Position numbers and translations under genes: made by a program. A stretch of DNA of 64,000 bases from Patescibacteria group bacterium (GTDB lineage Bacteria > Patescibacteriota > Minisyncoccia > UBA6257 > 2-01-FULL-56-20), in assembly GCA_024654525.1 (NCBI GenBank), contig JANLHI010000021.1, positions 1,969 through 65,968 on the forward strand, given 5' to 3'. The notes below the pieces were generated by a model, which did not search any database, was not told the DNA's origin, and worked only from the letters and a program-made list of their open reading frames with translations. The number at the start of each line of letters is the position of its first letter. Position 1 is the first letter of the stretch. Shown here one piece after another: positions 1-7,880 of the stretch.

Positions 1-99
1 CTAGGCAACTTCTTAAAAACTAATCCAAGAGATACCTGTTATCGCATAAATGCGATGATACGGTAAAACCCGCCGTCGCGAAACGCTATGGCGAGATAA

Positions 100-345
100 A
101 ACCCGCCTGTGTTCATGCGAACTATGGCGAGGCGAAGTGGGGAAGCGGGTGAGAATCCCGCACAGTGCCGCTACGGTGAAGTCCCGCCTGTGTTCAATAG
201 AACTTCGGCGAGACACAAGTCCGAGTACCACTCTTTGGAATGTTTCGTGTGCGTCCCCGCATTCTGCGGGGCAAGTCTCTCGAGCAAGAGGCAAGCCTGT
301 TTGTCGAACAGACTCCCCCTTGCGGTGGGTTTTTTATTTCCGAAT
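100..345 (+). promoter_or_regulatory. Candidate cobalamin (AdoCbl) riboswitch with expression platform, upstream of the 398..2257 gene
   Basis: Core AGUGGGGAAGCGGGUGAGAAUCCCGCACAGUGCCGCUACGGUGAAG (about 137-182) matches the conserved cobalamin-riboswitch core (GGGAA..GGUGA.AAUCC..ACAG; compare T. tengcongensis AGUGGGAAAGUGACGUGAAAUUCGUCCAG). A B12-box-like AAGUCCGAGUACCACUC follows at about 218-234. A strong hairpin CCCCGCAUUCUGCGGGG (256-272) and a GC-rich segment plus U-run (about 312-336) precede the start codon at 398. Downstream genes are B12-related. Confidence 0.6.
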
Positions 346-397
346 AAATTCCCCATCGTAGTATTAATTATAAAAAGCGGATGATCCGCTTCGTCTC

Positions 398-2257
398 ATG
401 AAAAAAAAGTTATTCGCGAGTATTCTACTCGCCACGTTCCTTGCAAACACGTTTGTAGCAGCAATTCCCGTGCACGGCGACACAAACACTTCAATTACTT
501 ATCTGAAGTCAAAGCCACTCACCCCATGGACCATCATGGCGCTTATCGCCGCGGGAGAATCTCCCTCGCTTGATTCGCTCAAAACTCTCCCTGAAAACGG
601 AAAGGCGATTGATTATGAAGCGCCTATTCTCGCCATTACTTCCGCCAATAAAGATCCCCGCACATTCGGAAGCGAAGATTATGTCGCAAAACTCAAAGGA
701 TTTTCGGATGGCATTCAACTCGGCGACACCACGATTTTGAATGATGACGTATTCGGTATTCTTGCGCTTGTCGCCGCAGGAGAACCGAAGGACGGCGACA
801 TAATTTCGCAGACGACGCAGTTCCTCCGTAACCATCAGAATGGCGATGGAGGATGGGGATATGCCGTGGGTGGTACGAGCGATACTAATACCACCGCCGC
901 CGCAGTCATGGCGCTTGCCTCAACGGGAATGCCCTCGAGCGAAGAGCCGATAGTGAACGCGCTTGAATACCTGAAAGCCGCGCAGAACGGCGATGGGGGG
1001 TTTCCTTACGACCCCAAGAGCGAATGGGGTACGGATTCGGACTCATCTTCGGACGCATGGGTAATCATGGCAATTAAGAGCGCAGGGCAAGATCCTTCCT
1101 CGTGGCAAAAGGAAGGCGGAACACCCATCTCCAACCTTGCTACGTTTGAAGACGAATCGGGGTTTTATCTCTATCAACCCGGCAACTCCGAAGATTCATT
1201 CAGCCCTACCACTACTTCATACTCACTGATTGCTCTCGCGGGAAAATTCTTTCCGCTCCATACCATCACACCCACAACACCCACGTCCGTACATTATTCC
1301 TACAGAATAGAAGGAAAAACGCAGGGGCTTTGCGCGGGAGAATCGGACGGACTCAAAGCAATTGATTCGATACCGACCGCCGGCGATGCATGCGGTATTA
1401 CCTATCATATCCAAGAATCCTCACTTGGTTCCTATGTCGACGAAATTGCTACGGAAAAAGCGGAAGGTTCTTCGGGATGGATGTATACCGTGAACAATGA
1501 ACCTCCGAGTGTCGGCGCAAGCGACTACACATTGTCCGCAGGGGATGGAATAATTTGGTATTACGGCGTGTATGGCGACGAACTCCTTCGTCTTACATTG
1601 AATACCACAAGTACTTCTGCAGGCACTCCCATTTCGGGCACCGTGGCAACCTACCATGCACATGCATGGACTCCCCTTGCAGATGCGGTAGTACGCACCA
1701 CGACCGCGTCCACCACCACCGACGGCACGGGAACATTTTCACTCACGCTTCCCGAAGGGATACACTCCCTTGTCGCGGAAGCTCCTCGGCATATTCGCAG
1801 TAATATGGAGAAGATAATGGTGGGCACTCCCGACGCCACTGCAATCGAGCTCAGCGTCACTATTCCCGAATCCCAAAATACAGGAGGGGGTAACACGGGG
1901 GGGAACGGTGGGACTGGAGGAGGCGGTTCTTCTCAAGGCGTATCGATTATGGTAGAAACAGGCACGGAAGATGGGGGCCTTGATTTCGGTTCGCTTGGGA
2001 TAGGCGCCTCACAAAAGAAAACTATTACTATAAAGAATCGTGGCAATAAAAAACTTGCCATGCAGGCGGTAGTCGGCGGGGATGACATATTCAGAAGCTA
2101 TCTCTTTCTTGACGGAAAAACATGGCGCGTATTCCATGTTGCAGTGGATCCCGGAGCATCAGTCGCACCCGAAACATCGCTTCGCATCCCATCCGCGTAT
2201 TCCGCAGCAGGTATAAAAAAGGGATCACTTGTATTCTGGGCGGTGCCTACGGAATAA
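398..2257 (+). CDS. Secreted transcobalamin/intrinsic-factor-like cobalamin-binding protein: N-terminal signal peptide, prenyltransferase/squalene-cyclase-type alpha/alpha-toroid repeats, DUF4430-like beta domain, beta-sandwich domains and a Gly-rich linker
   Basis: Signal peptide MKKKLFASILLATFLANTFVAA. Repeated QNGDGGWGY / QNGDGGFPY (QxxDGGW/F prenyltransferase-alpha/alpha-toroid repeat motif). Segment SGWMYTVNNEPPSVGASDYTLSAGDGIIWYYG resembles the DUF4430 (transcobalamin beta-domain-like) signature. GGGNTGGNGGTGGGGSS linker. Sits directly downstream of the candidate B12 riboswitch. Confidence 0.6.
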   Translation: MKKKLFASILLATFLANTFVAAIPVHGDTNTSITYLKSKPLTPWTIMALIAAGESPSLDSLKTLPENGKAIDYEAPILAITSANKDPRTFGSEDYVAKLKGFSDGIQLGDTTILNDDVFGILALVAAGEPKDGDIISQTTQFLRNHQNGDGGWGYAVGGTSDTNTTAAAVMALASTGMPSSEEPIVNALEYLKAAQNGDGGFPYDPKSEWGTDSDSSSDAWVIMAIKSAGQDPSSWQKEGGTPISNLATFEDESGFYLYQPGNSEDSFSPTTTSYSLIALAGKFFPLHTITPTTPTSVHYSYRIEGKTQGLCAGESDGLKAIDSIPTAGDACGITYHIQESSLGSYVDEIATEKAEGSSGWMYTVNNEPPSVGASDYTLSAGDGIIWYYGVYGDELLRLTLNTTSTSAGTPISGTVATYHAHAWTPLADAVVRTTTASTTTDGTGTFSLTLPEGIHSLVAEAPRHIRSNMEKIMVGTPDATAIELSVTIPESQNTGGGNTGGNGGTGGGGSSQGVSIMVETGTEDGGLDFGSLGIGASQKKTITIKNRGNKKLAMQAVVGGDDIFRSYLFLDGKTWRVFHVAVDPGASVAPETSLRIPSAYSAAGIKKGSLVFWAVPTE

Positions 2258-2275
2258 TCGCGAATCACTCATCTC

Positions 2276-2824
2276 ATGCTCAATACTACAAATAGCCGCC
2301 TTATACTCGGAGCAATTGCTGCAATTGCGCTACTTATTATTCCGTTTACTTTTGTGCGCGCAATCGGCATTACCGCACTTCCCTCCGAAATTACGATAAC
2401 AGTGTCGCGAGGAGAAAATACCACAGCCCACCTTACCGTTCAGAATCCCTCGCGCGAGGTCGCGATATTTGAAGTCTATCCCGATGACCTTGATACCATG
2501 ATCATACCGATCCCCTCGCGGTTTACGCTTGAATCAGCCGAAACGCGCGTAATAGAAATAAAACTTATCCCAAAACAAGAAGGAGTATTTACCACCAATC
2601 TTTCTGTTCTTGCACGTCCCATTACTGACCCACTTCTCGGCATTGGAAGCGGTCTTAAGATTCCCATCAATATCACCGTCACCGCACCACGCACTATGTC
2701 GCTTGCATCAATAATTTCCCTCTCATCACCTCTGGGAATCATTGTTGCGCTTCTTGCAACACTTGCAGTATGTATTTATGCGTTTCATCGTGCACTTAAA
2801 AAAAGAACCGCAGAGCGGTATTAA
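2276..2824 (+). CDS. Hypothetical membrane-anchored protein (N-terminal TM/signal, beta-rich domain, C-terminal TM anchor); likely co-transcribed with the 398..2257 gene
   Basis: 18-nt gap after the upstream gene, same strand. Hydrophobic N-terminus LILGAIAAIALLIIPF and C-terminal TM LGIIVALLATLAVCIYAF followed by basic residues. Confidence 0.4.
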   Translation: MLNTTNSRLILGAIAAIALLIIPFTFVRAIGITALPSEITITVSRGENTTAHLTVQNPSREVAIFEVYPDDLDTMIIPIPSRFTLESAETRVIEIKLIPKQEGVFTTNLSVLARPITDPLLGIGSGLKIPINITVTAPRTMSLASIISLSSPLGIIVALLATLAVCIYAFHRALKKRTAERY

Positions 2825-2847
2825 TTGACACCTCTTTATAAAGCCGT

Positions 2848-3306
2848 TTATTGCGAAATACGTCCGAGAAGAGGAATGCGTGAAAACGCACGTTCCAATC
2901 CCCACATATGTCCCGCGCGCAACGCAGAGAGAAGGAGTAGCGCCGCGGCATAGATAATATGTTCATCCACAATATACGAGTGCGCGTTCGGATAGGGAAA
3001 CTCAAGAATCGGAAGATAGTAGAGCACCATCATCAACGCACCGAGGATACCACTCCACCGCACCCCGATGCCTAAAATAAGAGATGCTCCGATAAGGGTT
3101 AATCCCCACTCGTTTATAAAGTTGGTAAACGGAAGCAATGCGGGGCTCGCAAGTGCGTTATAGAATCCAGGAAATGTTTTTGCAGATTGAAGATATCCAA
3201 CCGCAGACCATGCAGGATTCATTATTTTGACAATACCTGCGTAGAAAAACATCCACCCCGTTGTGATGCGAAGTAGAAACACCGCTATTTTCGCATTACG
3301 TCTCAT
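2848..3306 (-). CDS. DoxX family membrane protein
   Basis: 152 aa, four hydrophobic segments, N-terminal motif AVFLLRITTGWMFFYAGIVKI typical of DoxX/DoxD-like proteins. Confidence 0.55.
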   Translation of the reverse strand: MRRNAKIAVFLLRITTGWMFFYAGIVKIMNPAWSAVGYLQSAKTFPGFYNALASPALLPFTNFINEWGLTLIGASLILGIGVRWSGILGALMMVLYYLPILEFPYPNAHSYIVDEHIIYAAALLLLSALRAGHMWGLERAFSRIPLLGRISQ

Positions 3307-3317
3307 TATATGAATAA

Positions 3318-3899
3318 TTATACCACAATCTTCTTATCCACACCACCCACAATTGCCGGTTCGAGCGCTCTATTTACCACCACCCACCGATAGATGAGCG
3401 GACTAAGTAATGCACTTAATGTTACGTTTCCCGCAAGGTGCATAAGGGTAAACGGAATCTGACCCACAAGCGCCCCCATAAAGGGCTGACCAAAGAGAAG
3501 AGGCCCCATGGTTAGTCCTGTAATTGCATCATAGAGAATCGTGCCTCCTGCGGCGTATACTGCATAGTAGAGAGGGCTATTATTTTTCGAACGGAGAAAC
3601 CACGCCGCACTCATGCCCACTATGCCGTACGCGGTCGCGGTAAGCAAAGTCCATATTCCTCCGGTTCCCGTCACTAAATCGTAGAGGATAATATTCCCCG
3701 CCCCGAAGAGGAATCCCACAAGATATCCGTGATGTTTTGCAAACGGCATCACGGTAGCCATGATTGGCTCCACATTCGGCGCACGGAAAGGTATGAGGCG
3801 CAATATAAGACAAAATATAATCCCCACACCATACTTCAGCGCATCGCTTCGAAAGCGAAACCGGTGAAATTGTTTTTTTGCTGTTTCCATGTTCATCAT
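3318..3899 (-). CDS. Small polytopic membrane protein, possible ECF S-component/BtuM-like vitamin (cobalamin?) permease
   Basis: About 190 aa with five to six TM helices and Gly-rich helix motifs (GFLFGAGNIILYDLVTGTGG; AAGGTILYDAITG). Lies immediately upstream of cobO, within the B12 locus. The function is inferred from context only. Start adjusted to the internal Met to avoid overlapping cobO. Confidence 0.35.
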   Translation of the reverse strand: MMNMETAKKQFHRFRFRSDALKYGVGIIFCLILRLIPFRAPNVEPIMATVMPFAKHHGYLVGFLFGAGNIILYDLVTGTGGIWTLLTATAYGIVGMSAAWFLRSKNNSPLYYAVYAAGGTILYDAITGLTMGPLLFGQPFMGALVGQIPFTLMHLAGNVTLSALLSPLIYRWVVVNRALEPAIVGGVDKKIVV

Positions 3900-3903
3900 T
3901 ATA

Positions 3904-4425
3904 TCAGTATTCGACTCCTTTTGCCCCCTGCACTCCTTCCGCATATGGATGTTTTATTTCTCTCATTTCAGTAACTAAATCCGCTACTTCAATAAAACTC
4001 AAGGGAGCGTCTCTTCCAGTAAAAATAAGATGCTCCACTTTTGATTCCGCTTTTATTCTCACCACATTAACCTCTTGTTCGGTGATAAGCCCAAGTGCTA
4101 TCGCATTATGCACTTCATCAAGTATTACTGCATCCCACTCTCCGGAAAGGATTTCCTTTTCCGCATAGGCAAGCGCTTCTCTTGCCGCACGCGCATGTTC
4201 TTCGCGAGGCAAAGTATCGCCCAAAATTCCCACAAACCCCTTCCCCATTTTCACTATTTTAAATTTCGGCGCAAGCAATTTTGAAGCATCATCCTCTCCG
4301 CTTCGCCACGGGCCTTTGATAAACTGCACCATGAGCACCCTCTTCCCGTCGCCCACGAGCCGCATCGCCTGTCCCAATGCCGCCGTAGTCTTACCTTTCC
4401 CATTACCGGTGAAAATAAGAAACAT
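3904..4425 (-). CDS. cobO: Cob(I)alamin adenosyltransferase (CobO/BtuR/CobA family, PduO-unrelated)
   Basis: N-terminal P-loop-like FTGNGKGKTTAALGQAMRLVGDG and overall similarity to CobA/BtuR ATP:corrinoid adenosyltransferases. Start chosen at MFLIFTGNGKGKTT; the ORF track starts 7 codons earlier at 4446. Confidence 0.8.
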   Translation of the reverse strand: MFLIFTGNGKGKTTAALGQAMRLVGDGKRVLMVQFIKGPWRSGEDDASKLLAPKFKIVKMGKGFVGILGDTLPREEHARAAREALAYAEKEILSGEWDAVILDEVHNAIALGLITEQEVNVVRIKAESKVEHLIFTGRDAPLSFIEVADLVTEMREIKHPYAEGVQGAKGVEY

Positions 4426-4531
4426 ACTCGTCACACTTATGACCAATAACCTATAATAGAATTCAATCTCATGAAATTTATTGAACTTGGTTATTAGTTA
4501 TCAGTATTCCGTGTTATAAGTTTCCGTGCAG

Positions 4532-7252
4532 TCATGAACACGAACCGCTTGCAGTGCCACATTGAATACACGTCTTACAGCTTCCAGTCTGAATTAACAT
4601 TCCTCCGCATGTACGGCACACACTATCCGCAAATATAATTTTTGCCGGCGAAGATTCGTTATTTACCACTTCAACCTTTTTCACTTCAGGCATTGACGGA
4701 ATGTTTTCTACTCCATCAAGCTCCTTATGAGGCACTTTTATGCCCAACCCCTCAAGCTCATTCGCGGAAAGGAATCGTACCGCAAGATATCGAAACACAT
4801 AATCAGTAATTGATGTCGCAACTTGCACATCCTGATTCTTTGTAAAACCGGCGGGTTCATATCGGCCATAAGAAAATTTCTGTACCAACGTTTTAAGCGG
4901 TACACCATACTGACACGCAATCGACACCATAATCGCGAATGCATCCAAAAGCCCCGCGAGTGTCGATCCTTGTTTCGACATCCTGATAAAGATTTCTGCA
5001 AGGCCTCCCTCTTCAAACATGCTGTAGGTAAGATATCCTTCGTGTCCTCCGATCGAAAACTTGTGAGTCTCGGATGCACGCGTTGCAGGTAGGTGTCGGC
5101 GAGCGGGCTTCTGCTCTTTTTTCTTTTGATTCCCCGAGCCCGTGAAAAGCGGCTGTGCAGCCTTCGAACCATCGCGATACACCGCGAACGCTTTCAATCC
5201 CATCTTCCAGCCCATCATAAACGCCTGTTCCACTTCCTCCACCGTTGTCTCGTGTGTCATATTGAACGTCTTCGATATCGCACCGGAAAGGAACGGTTGC
5301 ACCGCCGCCACCATTTTCACGTGTCCCTTCCACGAAATAGAACGCGCTCCATTCGAAGGTTTTATTGCACAATCAAAAACGGGAAGGTGCTCCTCCTGAA
5401 ATCCCGGAGCTCCTTCTATGGTTCCCTGTTGCTCAATGTAAGCCACGATTCCCGCACGCGATTCATCGTCATATCCAAGTTTTACCAATGCTCGATCCAC
5501 TACATTATTTACGAATTTCATCATTCCTCCTCCCACAAGACGCTTCATTTTTACCAATGCAAATTCCGGTTCGATTCCCGTGGTTACACAATCCATCATC
5601 AATGCAATGGTACCCGTTGGGGCAAGAACCGATACTTGCGAATTTCGCACACCCCAGCGCCGTGCATCTGCAACCGCCCCACTCCATGCTTCGTGAGCGG
5701 CGCTCATGATGCCGTTATCGAAGGAATAGACATCGTCAACATTATCAATCGCATCGCGATGCATAGAAAGCACCTTAAGCATTGCATCTCTGTTTTCCTG
5801 ATACCGAGAAAAAGGATGCATCACTCGCGCAATCTGTGCGGAAAAACGATACGCTTCTCCCGTCATAAGCGCCGTAATTGCCGCAGCCGAGCTCCGCGCT
5901 TCATCCGAATCATATGGAATTCCGAGTGACATCAACAGTGCGCCAAGATTTGCATATCCCAATCCCAGTTGTCGAAAATCGTGTGTATTTTTTCCTATCC
6001 GTGACGTGGGGTACGATGATCCGTCCACTAAAATTTCCTGCGCAAGAATCATGATATCAACCGTACGGCGAAATCCTTCCACATCAAACCCTCCCTCCGG
6101 TGTGAGATAGTGAAGCAGATTGATTGATGCAAGATTACATGCGGAATTATCCACATGCATATATTCACTGCACGGATTCGATGCATTAATACGTCCGGAG
6201 TTTGGACACGTGTGCCAACGGTTAATAGTGGTATCGAACTGCATTCCCGGATCACCACAACTCCATGCTGACTCTGCAATCGCCCGCATCATATCGCGCG
6301 CTTTATACGTGTCCGCAACCGCTCCATTCGTTACTTGCTTCGTGCGCCACTCGTCATCCTGTTCCACCGCTTTCATAAACGCATCGGAAACACGCACGCT
6401 ATTGTTCGCATTTTGATATTGAATGGAATTCCATGCCGAGTCATTCAAATCAAACATATCGTACCCTCCGTCCATGAGCGCCTTTACCTTTTTTTCTTCC
6501 TCCGACTTCACATGAATAAATTTCATGATATCGGGGTGATCGACATTCAAAATCACCATTTTTGCTGCACGTCGCGTAGAACCGCCCGAGGCGATCATGC
6601 CCGCTACGGAATCCGCCCCGCGCATAAAAGATACCGGTCCCGATGAGAAACCTCCATGCGACAATGTTTCTCGTGTTGAGCGGAGCGCCGAGAGATTTAT
6701 TCCCGCTCCAGAACCACGCTTAAAAATCAAACCTTCCGTAGTAATCCAATCAAGGATAGATTCCATCGAGTCCTCCACGGAAAGAATAAAACACGCCGAG
6801 CATTGTGGTTTTGCATCAAGTCCTAAATTAAACCACACCGGGGAATTGAACGCCGCACGCTGATGCAACAATACATAGGTGAGTTCTTCGGCGTACACAT
6901 CGGCATCGTGTGCATTCGAAAAATAGTGATAACGAAGCCCCCACTCACGCACCGTCTTCACTACACGTCCAATCATTTGCTTAATCGAAGATTCCCGTTC
7001 TGTGGATCCCACTCGCCCGCGAAGATATTTCGAACCTGCGATTTCGGCAGCGTTTTCTGACCACACTTCGGGAAATTCCAACTCGCGCTCTTCCCTTGCT
7101 CCATTCGTACCTCTCACTGTTACCCTGCGCGTTTTCCACGCAACTTCATCGAAAGGATGCACTCCTTCGCGAGTAAAATACCTCTCCGTAAATGACTTTC
7201 CGCTTTCACGATGCGCTTTTGTATTTATTGCCAAAGGCGATGTACGTTCCAT
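4532..7252 (-). CDS. nrdJ: Adenosylcobalamin-dependent (class II) ribonucleotide reductase
   Basis: 906 aa. RNR catalytic-core motifs (NPCSEYMHVDNSACNLASINL, active-site Cys/Asn/Glu region). C-terminal Cys-rich tail CRTCGGMLIQTGSCKTCIQCGTASGSC. No NrdB partner nearby. cobO is adjacent. Confidence 0.85.
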   Translation of the reverse strand: MERTSPLAINTKAHRESGKSFTERYFTREGVHPFDEVAWKTRRVTVRGTNGAREERELEFPEVWSENAAEIAGSKYLRGRVGSTERESSIKQMIGRVVKTVREWGLRYHYFSNAHDADVYAEELTYVLLHQRAAFNSPVWFNLGLDAKPQCSACFILSVEDSMESILDWITTEGLIFKRGSGAGINLSALRSTRETLSHGGFSSGPVSFMRGADSVAGMIASGGSTRRAAKMVILNVDHPDIMKFIHVKSEEEKKVKALMDGGYDMFDLNDSAWNSIQYQNANNSVRVSDAFMKAVEQDDEWRTKQVTNGAVADTYKARDMMRAIAESAWSCGDPGMQFDTTINRWHTCPNSGRINASNPCSEYMHVDNSACNLASINLLHYLTPEGGFDVEGFRRTVDIMILAQEILVDGSSYPTSRIGKNTHDFRQLGLGYANLGALLMSLGIPYDSDEARSSAAAITALMTGEAYRFSAQIARVMHPFSRYQENRDAMLKVLSMHRDAIDNVDDVYSFDNGIMSAAHEAWSGAVADARRWGVRNSQVSVLAPTGTIALMMDCVTTGIEPEFALVKMKRLVGGGMMKFVNNVVDRALVKLGYDDESRAGIVAYIEQQGTIEGAPGFQEEHLPVFDCAIKPSNGARSISWKGHVKMVAAVQPFLSGAISKTFNMTHETTVEEVEQAFMMGWKMGLKAFAVYRDGSKAAQPLFTGSGNQKKKEQKPARRHLPATRASETHKFSIGGHEGYLTYSMFEEGGLAEIFIRMSKQGSTLAGLLDAFAIMVSIACQYGVPLKTLVQKFSYGRYEPAGFTKNQDVQVATSITDYVFRYLAVRFLSANELEGLGIKVPHKELDGVENIPSMPEVKKVEVVNNESSPAKIIFADSVCRTCGGMLIQTGSCKTCIQCGTASGSCS

Positions 7253-7263
7253 AGTTTGTTGAG

Positions 7264-7593
7264 TTATAGCGGACTTACTACCGACGCCGACTTACTCCAT
7301 AAATCCTTGAAAATCCGACACGGCTCGACAATCCGGGGATCTGTAATTCTGTAATATATATTCAAACCGTCACGTCTCGTCAGCACCGCCCGCGCATAAC
7401 GCAAACGCGCAAGATGTTGCGACATATTCGCCTTGGAAACATCGAGGGTCTTTGCAAGCTCATTAACAGATGCCTCGTGCACTTTGAGAATATTTAAAAT
7501 TTCAAGCCTCTTCGGATTTGCAAGAATTTTATAGAGAAACGCATTGCGCTTATACACACTTTTTGGAAACGGTGACATGACTTTTGTTCTCAT
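7264..7593 (-). CDS. ArsR/SmtB family metalloregulatory transcriptional repressor
   Basis: HTH segment LANPKRLEILNILKVHEASVNELAKTLDVSKANMSQHLARLRYARAVLTRRDG. Start set at the internal Met (MRTKVMSPF); the upstream part of the ORF is probably not coding. Confidence 0.7.
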   Translation of the reverse strand: MRTKVMSPFPKSVYKRNAFLYKILANPKRLEILNILKVHEASVNELAKTLDVSKANMSQHLARLRYARAVLTRRDGLNIYYRITDPRIVEPCRIFKDLWSKSASVVSPL

Positions 7594-7880
7594 AATTGCG
7601 AAATTTCTTAACTTGCTTCTCCAGCATACTCCCCGCCCATCACTCCTGTAAAGCGAAAAAATTATCCACAACATACGACCATACCCAAGCGTAATGCGCA
7701 ATCGGAAAAACCCTATATTTTCCCTCGTGATACCTCTTTTTCCAACCAATTTCAATGCTTCTTACCCAGTAGCGTCATCTAAACCTCCTCTTTTTGAGCA
7801 TTATCGCGCGTATGGCAACAATCATAACTGAAATAAACTTATCCTCTCCGTATAAAGAGAATAATCCCTTGCGTAGACCC

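Noticed and set aside
61-217. Possible CRISPR array (direct repeats CCCGCCTGTGTTCA...GGCGAG)
   Set aside because: Only about three degenerate repeat units with unequal and partly absent spacers, and no cas genes nearby. The intervening sequence matches a cobalamin riboswitch core instead.
13-384. Small ORFs (61-93 aa) on both strands in the first 400 nt
   Set aside because: The region is GC-rich structured RNA (riboswitch leader); the translations are low complexity.
5093-5929. Plus-strand ORF of 278 aa inside nrdJ
   Set aside because: Entirely antisense to a confidently identified RNR gene; Arg/His/Cys-rich low-complexity translation.
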